Positions 56,341-64,000 of a stretch of 64,000 nt of DNA are shown one piece after another. The stretch spans positions 496,001-560,000 of the forward strand of contig CM102287.1 of assembly GCA_046563655.1 (NCBI GenBank). Direction: 5' to 3'. Source of the DNA: Yuukianura sp. NJ FZ-2021. Lineage: Eukaryota. The translations under genes and the position numbers were made by a program. Within the stretch, counting starts at the first letter, position 1, and each line of letters opens with the position of its first letter. The notes beneath the pieces were generated by a model, which was not told the origin of the DNA, searched no databases, and saw nothing but the letters and a program-made list of their open reading frames with translations.

Positions 56341-57273
56341 CTATTCGCTTTCGTCTGTGTGATCGGACGATTCGGAGCTATTGGAGCTGCTACTAAAGAA
56401 CGGATCGCTGTTCCTGTGATAGTAAGATCGAAATTCTGCGTCATCATCCCATCCCATTTTTAGATATCTCATATTTCTCAAATGACTGTAATGGGCTTGA
56501 CGAGATTTCAACGATTTCTCGCGTTCTCTCCATATTACATTATGATAGTACATAAAGAAATCAATTTCCGAAGGTCTACCCCCATTGTACATCAAAATTG
56601 TGTGAACTTCTATCATTCGAGTCTTTAAGAATTCGGCTTCCCCGAACAAGATAGCATCCGCGGCTTCATGCGTTCTAACAATTCTACCTTTGTAAACTGG
56701 TACGTGCTGATATCGTTGTGCCAAATGGATCTTTTCATCTATATTTAGGGAAATGTAAACTCCGATGTTCAGAGCAAGATAAACCCCATCTACGTTATCG
56801 ACAATTTGTGTATGGATGGGATGACTGTGTTTTCTCATTCCCTTCGAAAACCTGTATACAGCCTCATGATGTGAGTATGGTAAAAGATAACTATCTTGAA
56901 CTAGTCCTGTCTTCGGATAATACCACATTTGAAATTCCTTGATCTTACCCTCAATGTAGTGGAGGCTATATTGCATATGTTTCCACATGGGTTGCTCTAT
57001 CTCTGGGAAACGGATTGATAACATACTCATTTCAATAGGGCTAAAACAACGAGCCTGACTGACTCTATGTTCCAATTCGCGTTGTTTCTCAACTCTCGAT
57101 TTCGTTGACGCTAGAATTGACTCGATATCTTTTACGTCTTGTAGGTACCCCTTACTAGGTTTGTACTCGCTCGCGGCGATCTCTTTCCAATGTTGTATCC
57201 ACTCAATAGTGGAGGGATCTCGGAATCTGTGCATCTGACTTTTCCAGTAATCGGGAGCTTGTCTCCTTGCCAT
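56341..57273 (-). CDS. Accessory ORF D, 310 aa, unknown function, Ser/acidic C-terminal tail
   Basis: Intact ATG-to-stop ORF. The ATG lies 2 nt after the acceptor-like tttaacttttag. No family recognised. Confidence 0.75.
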   Translation of the reverse strand: MARRQAPDYWKSQMHRFRDPSTIEWIQHWKEIAASEYKPSKGYLQDVKDIESILASTKSRVEKQRELEHRVSQARCFSPIEMSMLSIRFPEIEQPMWKHMQYSLHYIEGKIKEFQMWYYPKTGLVQDSYLLPYSHHEAVYRFSKGMRKHSHPIHTQIVDNVDGVYLALNIGVYISLNIDEKIHLAQRYQHVPVYKGRIVRTHEAADAILFGEAEFLKTRMIEVHTILMYNGGRPSEIDFFMYYHNVIWREREKSLKSRQAHYSHLRNMRYLKMGWDDDAEFRSYYHRNSDPFFSSSSNSSESSDHTDESE

Positions 57274-57308
57274 ATCTAAAAGTTAAATTATAATTACGGG
57301 AAAATCAT

Positions 57309-57322
57309 TCTTCCCCAACTTA
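57309..57322 (-). promoter_or_regulatory. Internal exact copy of the polypurine tract
   Basis: tcttccccaactta is identical (14/14) to 53678-53691. Confidence 0.7.
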
Positions 57323-57798
57323 TTTTCCTTTTGTTATACTTTCGGCATTTCTAATGTCGGTCCTGAGAGTTCGCTAAATGCAGTTTTTCTGAAGTTTCTG
57401 ACATTTATGACTCTTAAATTACTCTTTTTCCCATTGACTGTGATCTCTTAGTGACCTCATCACACTATCGCAAGCGAAATGTCCAGAACTTATTATAATA
57501 GAAAATCCTAAAAGAAGAAACGGCTATCCTGATAGAATTCCAGAGGTGTTGGTGATGTCAATGCGACTCCGACCATCCAAATCTCCGGACCTAAATTCTC
57601 CTGACTTTTCAACTTTCCCACAATTACGTTAACGTACAGCGTTAAGTTTTACGTTAACTTTTTCTGGAATTAATAAAAAAAAATCCAAAGCTTCTGACAT
57701 GGATGACTTATATCCTAAATAATGTGATTATGAAATCGGCGATGGTAGAGCTGAGTCAAATTTGAACGAGGAGGTTTGTTTACGACCTGCTCGTATGC

Positions 57799-60171
57799 TT
57801 AAACACGAGTATCTACGCTGGTAGATTCTTGAGCTGGTTCTTCCAACTCACTCACAGCGCTCTTAATCAAGTCCACAATTTTGTCAGCTTGTGGAGAATG
57901 CAAAATGATTTTCAGAGGTGGACGCCCTTGTTCAGCGTCTAAATTAAACTGAACCCTCGTTCCTACGAATGGTTCGGAAATATCCATTTTTCGCACTTTA
58001 TCTCGTTCCTCTCTCTGTTTCCTAAGTTGGTTCCTTTTACGCCAGTAAAACCAGGTGAGTCCTCCCAAAAGTACGAGTAATAAAACTAACCACATGACGA
58101 CGGTGAACATGTTAATAGCATGATGCAATTCTACGCCTGTGGGGTTTGCAACGGCTCCTCCTATCTGTCCTGCAAAGGGAACTCCAAAGACCATTCCCCC
58201 GTTTGCCATGAACTGTTTGTACAAGAGTAGCGCAACGCCTACCGAGAGTACTATGTTCCAAATTATCAACGCTGTATTTGTTGATGGGGCCGTTATTTGA
58301 ATTAATTTCGGAACCATCATGGACTTCAAATGACTCATTTCCGTTAGGTTCAACCTTGGAGAACCCAAATCCCAAGTCTCGTTAAATATCGTTTTCAAGT
58401 CGGGATACAACTTCTTCTCAGAGTTTCTGCCAAATCAAGTAGTGTTCAACAACACATCCATTCGTGCCATCATTGCCGGAATTACCAGATTTACTCGAGG
58501 TCTTTCTGCCAAACCGATAGGACATGGATACGGTGGTTTAATAGGCATTCTCCCCGGCAACTGCAACTCACAGTCGCATGCCAACTTAACTTCTATGCTT
58601 CCTATACCATGTGGTGGTGGCTCCAGTGGAAAATCAATATCATCATCTCTATTATGACATCTTATGTTCATGGTTTCGGTAGCCCCTGTAACTGCAAAAG
58701 TATGATGATCTAGTTGTGAAATCGTTAACTCGCTCTTGTCTGCCAAACATTCGAAAAGACAATACTCATTTAATTCCGCTAGTGATGCACCTCTCAGCAA
58801 CTTTTGGGCACACATGTAACCAGTGAGTGGATCCGAATTAAATTGAGGGATCAAACACAAGCCTGACTCTGGTTTACATTGTTGTAATTGAGTTCCCTGA
58901 ATTGTGACCAACGTATCGTTACTTAATGCCAGATATGTGGGTGCATGTTGCAGAATGCACGTACTACCCTTGTAACTGAATGGTATGTTAGTCATTGCGT
59001 ACAATTTCCAGTTTGCGGCCTTACGCCTGATTGGAATTCTCAATCTGAAAATCGTTCGTCCTTCCGTAGTAAAGGCACAATCAGCGATCTTTAATTTGTA
59101 ATATCTCGAAATTTCAGATGGTGGGACAACTAACTCATATCCATCGTTTTGCAATTGTTTTGACAATTCCCCCAAATCTGCAATCAATCGTTTGAATGGA
59201 ATTGCTAAGATAGAAATGGTTCCTGCTCTACAGTGATCTTGGAGATCTTTAAATCTCATAATCTCCATGATCGAATTAAGGTGTTCATAAATCTGGACAA
59301 AAGTCATTTGATGTGAAAGTAACTCTTTTTCCAACCGTTTCACATCTTTTGTCAGAGCATCTTCTTCTCCCTGTAATTCTTGTTGTTCGCGCATCGTTAT
59401 TTCAATCTGTCGGTGGACAGAAGCAAAAATGCGAGATGCATTGCCCTGAAACATTTCCAACCCTCCTTTTATGGTCATAAGATTCCGATTTGTTTCCACA
59501 ACTGAATCTTTCATGACAGAAAGAAACAGTTCCATCTTTTCCGAGTTCATGCTAATGTCACTTAAATCTCTTTTAGAAGCCACGCCACAACAGAATGACC
59601 ACCAGTCCCCAATTAAGGTTAAAGGGTTGAATGCCTGAAAATCAAATTCTCTTTTTCCCCGATTCGAAGCCTTGGCCTTGGATGTCTGCTTAGTTCGATT
59701 TAAACGAGCACGATTCCTTGCCTGCTGAATGGCAATCGGTATCTCGTCCAATGATATCAACGGCTTTTCTTTGACAATTTCGTTTCGGGTAGGGCCCATG
59801 TTCTCGTTGGACTTACCTTGATCTTCGCTTATCCCAAACGTACCTGATTCGTCCCTCATTAAGGAATCGGCTATGATATTTCCCAAAATTTCCGATACAT
59901 GTCCGATGGGCCTACGCATTGTGTTTGGGAAAATGCACGTTCCATCCACTTCCGCACATCTATAGGCCTCGAATACGTTTTTCTCAAATTCTCTGAATGA
60001 CACTTGTATGTCGTAGATCAATGGGACCGACGCGGTATACAATTCCGTGTTCCGGATTTCCCGGATCGTTGTTCCGGTTGTCACTCGAACCTCTGTCGGA
60101 GTGATCTGATATGCCACTCCCTTGGCAATAAATCCGATCGTCATCAACGCACTGATCAGTGTGCACGCCAT
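57799..60171 (-). CDS. env: Envelope (class I fusion) glycoprotein, 790 codons with one in-frame TGA at 58437-58435
   Basis: Signal peptide MACTLISALMTIGFIAKGVA, furin site RGKR (59661-59650), hydrophobic fusion-peptide-like FNPLTLIGDWWSFCCGV, heptad-repeat region and Cys-rich ectodomain. The track ORFs 58435-60195 and 57799-58410 are in the same frame, and the second carries the transmembrane segments. Confidence 0.85.
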
Positions 60172-60180
60172 TTTATTTTT

Positions 60181-60206
60181 CTGTACAAGAAGCAAGAAGG
60201 AAAATT
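60181..60206 (-). promoter_or_regulatory. env splice acceptor
   Basis: Minus-strand aattttccttcttgcttcttgtacag|aaaaataaaATG: a long polypyrimidine tract and CAG 9 nt before the signal-peptide ATG. Confidence 0.7.
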
Positions 60207-60255
60207 ATTATGCTAACCTACCTACCTATTGCTAGTGGTTCCTAACACTAAACCA

Positions 60256-61023
60256 CTAGTCAAAATCTCTGAGACTTCGATCTGTTTGACAAATGTATTC
60301 TGCTTTTTCTTCGTCCATATAAAATCCAAAACCTTGAAAAATTCGAAACAAATCATTCCGAATCTGTTGTCGTCTTGGGGACAACGTATCCCAATAAGCC
60401 TGATATCGTATTTGAAACACGTAAGTAAATGGCTTCCATTTGCTTTCTGGTTCTCCCAGTTCGCGTAAAACTTTGGCCAATCGACTGTATGTGAACATGG
60501 TGAAAACATTATGAGGCTTCTTGACACATTTGACGCCAATAAGCCTATCCGAAATTAGTGTTCGCTGTGGAATAACATTCCATTCAGCATCTGCGATTAA
60601 GTCGACCCAACAGTCCACGCTGATATTGATAATTGCACTAGGTTTTAACGTGAATGGACAGTGAATTAAGCGCACGATGTCCGTCATTTCAACATGTTTC
60701 CATTTCATAGGTACTTGAGCCAAGTACCACAACTTCTCGTGTCTAGCTGTTTCCAGTTCATCTACTACATTTACAGTGGGCCGATCTGGGTATCGCTTTC
60801 CACAAAATTCAAACTGCTCGACTATGGAACACCTTGTGTCCATTGTTTTTCTAATAATTAAGGCTATTTCGTTACTAAGTTCGGGAAATGCTTCAGCTAC
60901 ATTGTTTGCGTCTAAAGCGTTGAGTTCTTTTATGATGATTTCTAGGACGTCGAATCCCAAAGCAGTGAAGTGGAGTGGAGTGTATGCAAGCGGCTTCATT
61001 GTAGTCTCGCTTCTCCCTTCCAT
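60256..61023 (-). CDS. Accessory ORF C, 255 aa, divergent paralog of ORFs A and B, F-box-like N-terminus
   Basis: Shares HEKLWYLAQVP, DIVRLIHCPF, YWDTLSPRRQQIR and EYIC blocks with A and B. N-terminal FTALGFDVLEIIIKELNALDA. First ATG at 61023. Confidence 0.8.
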   Translation of the reverse strand: MEGRSETTMKPLAYTPLHFTALGFDVLEIIIKELNALDANNVAEAFPELSNEIALIIRKTMDTRCSIVEQFEFCGKRYPDRPTVNVVDELETARHEKLWYLAQVPMKWKHVEMTDIVRLIHCPFTLKPSAIINISVDCWVDLIADAEWNVIPQRTLISDRLIGVKCVKKPHNVFTMFTYSRLAKVLRELGEPESKWKPFTYVFQIRYQAYWDTLSPRRQQIRNDLFRIFQGFGFYMDEEKAEYICQTDRSLRDFD

Positions 61024-61149
61024 TTCCTTAAATATTATAACCTCTGATATATGCCTTAATATCAAAATCCTAGTTCAAATATTTATTCAACTACTCAAGT
61101 CCTCCTACTAAGGCTACTTGCAGCTATTATGTCTAATGACTTTCAGTTA

Positions 61150-61920
61150 TTACTGATTGTATCTATCAGAAAACCTACACAGAAATTCTACATACTCGTC
61201 TGTAACATCCCTACCATTCTCGGTACATCTTCTCTTATATACAACACGCATACGCCTCTGTCTGAAGCTTAGTGTACTCAGGTACTTATCGTACTCACTT
61301 TTGTATCTGACTAACAATTCTTGTCGCACGGACTCTTTTCCGTTTGTTTCCTCTATGGCGGTTACAATTCGCATAAAGTTAAATGGATACGTCGTTATGA
61401 CATCTTTACGAAAGCTTACTGTCTTGGGCGGCGTACGCCCATACGGTAGATCTGCATGGATGTGGTGTCCTTGAGTTTCAACTAACTCTATGAGCTCGCT
61501 AGCTAGCAAACTTCTAAATGTTTCTACTTTACATACGAAGCCGCAATTCAAAATTCTAAATACATCCATACAACTGAATGGGGCAAATTCTATTGGCAGC
61601 TGTGCCAAGTACCATCGTTTCTCATGATTACAAACACGCATTTCAATTTCACAGTGAAAGGCGTTCGCACTTCCAAACAAATTAAATGTCTCGATTAATT
61701 CATCCCAATTAGTCATGACCTTTTCTATCTCTTTAGCAAATAAGGTTATGATCCTGGGATATGCATGTAAAGCATCGTTGAACTTTGACGCATCTAAAAC
61801 GCTTAGCTTTCTAGCTATACTGATTAGAGGTAGATCGTCCAGTGACGAAATGTTCCTTTGGATGTGAAGACGGCGTTTCTTAGCCGGTTCTCCCTCTGTT
61901 TCTGTGTGCTTCAATTCCAT
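61150..61920 (-). CDS. Accessory ORF B, 256 aa, paralog of A and C, NLS-like PAKKRRL and F-box-like N-terminus
   Basis: LDDLPLISIARKLSVLDASKF, HEKRWYLAQLPI, YPFNF, YKSEYDKYLSTLSFRQRRMR and DEYVEFLC. First ATG at 61920. Confidence 0.85.
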   Translation of the reverse strand: MELKHTETEGEPAKKRRLHIQRNISSLDDLPLISIARKLSVLDASKFNDALHAYPRIITLFAKEIEKVMTNWDELIETFNLFGSANAFHCEIEMRVCNHEKRWYLAQLPIEFAPFSCMDVFRILNCGFVCKVETFRSLLASELIELVETQGHHIHADLPYGRTPPKTVSFRKDVITTYPFNFMRIVTAIEETNGKESVRQELLVRYKSEYDKYLSTLSFRQRRMRVVYKRRCTENGRDVTDEYVEFLCRFSDRYNQ

Positions 61921-61986
61921 AGTTATTCCTACCAAAATTTTGTATTTCTATTCTCAGTTAAATCAGCTTAATGACCACGTTATGTT

Positions 61987-62802
61987 TTACTCAAGACCTC
62001 CTGCTGAGGCTGGGATTTGAAAATCGTAAAGTAGATTTTTCGCATCTGAAAGCTGACACACAAATTCGACATATTCGTCGGAAACATTCCTTTGGTTTTC
62101 GGCACATTCTCTCTTCACAGTCTCCCGCATTTGTCTTTGCCTGGGGCTGAGAGAGTTTAAGTATTTTTCGTATTCACTCTTATAATTCTGCAATAACTGC
62201 TGGTATACTGATTCATCCCCTTTCATCTCTCTCACCACTTGTGCCAATTTGCAGAAATTAAACGGGTAATCCTGAAAATGCTGTTTATGAAATCTGACTG
62301 ACCTAGGGGTTCGTGATCTAAAGCATGCTCCTGCGGAGACTTCTACCTTCAAAGTGTTTACGATTTCTATAAGGTCGTCAGCAGACAAAGCCTTAAAAAC
62401 CTCTGCATCACACCTGAACCCACAGTGTAGGATTCTGAATAAGTCGATATGTCTAACGGGTGTGTGATCAATCGGTATCTGAGACATGTACCATCTCTTC
62501 TCGTGAGATCCGTATTTTTGTTCCGTCTCGAACTGATCAGGGGGTACGAGGCTGAGTAATTCAAATTTTTCTATTACTGTATCCCAGTTGGCCATTGCCC
62601 TATCGATCTCTGTTTCTACTAGTTCTACTACTCTTGGGTACCCTTGAACAGCTTCCTTGAACTTGGAGGCGTCCATTACGCACAGCTTTCTTATAATGCT
62701 GATGAGTGGCAAATCACTCAGTGACGTAAGTTCTCTTTGGATCTGAAGATGGCTTTCCTTTGCCGGTCCGTGTTTGGACACTTCTGTGTTCTTCGAATCC
62801 AT
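61987..62802 (-). CDS. Accessory ORF A, 271 aa, paralog of B and C, F-box-like N-terminus
   Basis: LSDLPLISIIRKLCVMDASKF, HEKRWYMSQIPI, YPFNF, YKSEYEKYLNSLSPRQRQMR and DEYVEFVC. First ATG at 62802. Confidence 0.85.
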   Translation of the reverse strand: MDSKNTEVSKHGPAKESHLQIQRELTSLSDLPLISIIRKLCVMDASKFKEAVQGYPRVVELVETEIDRAMANWDTVIEKFELLSLVPPDQFETEQKYGSHEKRWYMSQIPIDHTPVRHIDLFRILHCGFRCDAEVFKALSADDLIEIVNTLKVEVSAGACFRSRTPRSVRFHKQHFQDYPFNFCKLAQVVREMKGDESVYQQLLQNYKSEYEKYLNSLSPRQRQMRETVKRECAENQRNVSDEYVEFVCQLSDAKNLLYDFQIPASAGGLE

Positions 62803-62929
62803 TGTTTTTCTCAATATCCTGACAAATTTTGTATATCTAAAATTTTTAGTCAATAAGCCTATGGTTTACAGGCCTACAGTTTATATTATCCAACAGCGCT
62901 TGGACACGAAAGATCCAATGTGCAAGGCT

Positions 62930-64000
62930 TTAGTCTAGGAATCTAACTGGTTTTCGGACTACTCGGCCGTACCTTGTCGTAACTACATTTTTCTCTTCGA
63001 CTTTTACTTCTTTATCTTTTAACTCTGCTTGTCTAATCTCTTCATCTTCAGAAGATTCTAAGAACTCTTCAGATTCTACATCAGAGGATTCCACGTCCTC
63101 TTCCAATTCATCGGTTTCCAACTCATTGGGAACATCCGACTCCAACGGTATTTCAAAATTCAAAATATTCGTCAACTCATTTGAAACTGCTCTAGCATTA
63201 TCCTTGCTGATCGAAATTCCTTTCAACTCTTCGGCTAAGTCATCAGAATTTTCTTGGGTGGGTCTATTACAACCGTCTTCCCCAACTTGATCTGCCGCTA
63301 CTCCTGGAGCGGAAAGTCCCTCACAAATGTGAAGTAAATCATCTTCAACATAACGCTTCAAATTTTCAATATGTACTCTAACTGGGACATCATCCGAAGC
63401 CGCACCAACAGGTGAGCAATGATACGCTAAGGGTGAGACCTTCTGTACAACAACATATGGACCTTTATACCGCATGGCCAATTTCCGAGTTCGGCCAGCT
63501 TTGACAACTTTAACTTTAATGAGAACCTTATCTCCAATGTCATATTCCAACGGGAGACGTTTGGGATCGAACAAACCAGCTTGCTTTTTCTGTGCTTTTT
63601 GAATACCAACCCGAGCCAATTCTCTGGCCTCGTGCATTTTACGAATCCGTGATGGGATGTCTTCCCATTGTCGCGATGTATCCAACGCAACGTCAAGAGG
63701 ATGGAACGGATGGCGTCCATACATGATATAATAGCTGCTAAACCCCGTACTCTCTTTGTGAACCGCGGTATTTAGTGCAAAAACAGCAGAACCTAAATAC
63801 CGATCCCAGTCCCTTTGACTCTGCAGCACATAATTAGATAAAATTTCTTCGATACTACGGTTACTTCGTTCAACTAGTCCATTGGTACGACTATGATAAG
63901 GTGTGGAATACAAGTTCACAGTTCCAATCAAAGAATTGAACTGTTTAAAGAAAGATGATCGGAACGTACTAGCATTATCCGTCTGAATTGATTTAAACAC
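62930..64000 (-). CDS. pol: Pol polyprotein C-terminus: Ty3/gypsy integrase core end, GPY/F module, acidic tail (5' truncated by window)
   Basis: IQTDN...YSTPYHSRTNGLVERSN with exactly 35 residues between D and E. Also WDRYL, TGFSSYYIMYGR, YKGPYVV, VHIENLKRY and terminal TRYGRVVRKPVRF. Confidence 0.97.
   Translation of the reverse strand: MFKSIQTDNASTFRSSFFKQFNSLIGTVNLYSTPYHSRTNGLVERSNRSIEEILSNYVLQSQRDWDRYLGSAVFALNTAVHKESTGFSSYYIMYGRHPFHPLDVALDTSRQWEDIPSRIRKMHEARELARVGIQKAQKKQAGLFDPKRLPLEYDIGDKVLIKVKVVKAGRTRKLAMRYKGPYVVVQKVSPLAYHCSPVGAASDDVPVRVHIENLKRYVEDDLLHICEGLSAPGVAADQVGEDGCNRPTQENSDDLAEELKGISISKDNARAVSNELTNILNFEIPLESDVPNELETDELEEDVESSDVESEEFLESSEDEEIRQAELKDKEVKVEEKNVVTTRYGRVVRKPVRFLD

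Larger units (their letters stand above)
52566..64000 (-). mobile_element. Ty3/gypsy-type env-bearing LTR retroelement, 3' portion (gag, most of pol and the 5' LTR lie beyond the window)
   Basis: Integrase with D-35-E spacing and GPY motif, an env-like fusion protein, a PPT abutting a TG...CA LTR, and all long ORFs on the minus strand. Confidence 0.95.

Noticed and set aside
57799..58410. 203-aa ORF as an independent gene
   Set aside because: It starts at TTG, is in frame with env just 8 codons past the TGA, and supplies the membrane anchor env otherwise lacks, so it is treated as the env C-terminus.
60256..62802. Identification of A, B and C as ichnovirus repeat-element (rep) proteins
   Set aside because: Size and the F-box-like start are similar, but I see no shared downstream motifs, so this is analogy only.
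62930..63330. Chromodomain at the integrase C-terminus explaining satellite targeting
   Set aside because: The tail is acidic low-complexity sequence ending in a basic motif, with no aromatic-cage chromodomain pattern visible.
56718..63720. Short ORFs nested in D, env, C, B, A and pol (e.g. 60222-60539, 60776-61111, 61157-61474, 63427-63720)
   Set aside because: They overlap better-supported ORFs and show no motifs or signals of their own.

Overview
Eukaryotic (probably invertebrate) genomic DNA in two parts. (1) 1-52565 is a tandem satellite of about 104 near-identical copies of a 506-bp unit. It has a homogenised centre, local 3-mer and 5-mer duplications and a more diverged right edge. 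The ~100 short + strand ORFs in the track are by-products of the repeat. (2) 52566-64000 is the 3' part of a Ty3/gypsy-type LTR retroelement on the minus strand that interrupts a satellite unit and runs off the window. In element order it has the integrase C-terminus, three tandem paralogous ~255-270 aa ORFs with an F-box-like N-terminus, a class I fusion env (furin site, fusion peptide, one in-frame TGA before the membrane anchor), an internal copy of the polypurine tract, two orphan ORFs, a 522-aa ORF resembling a catalytically dead Rrp6/RNase D exonuclease with a basic/coiled-coil tail, the PPT and a 1112-bp LTR. Most downstream ORFs have a splice-acceptor-like AG shortly before their ATG, and the LTR holds a TATA/Inr, an ATG-free leader and a strong donor. 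The best candidate for a new system is this 'complex' env-bearing retroelement with six accessory genes. All homology calls were made by eye from motifs; no searches were run.
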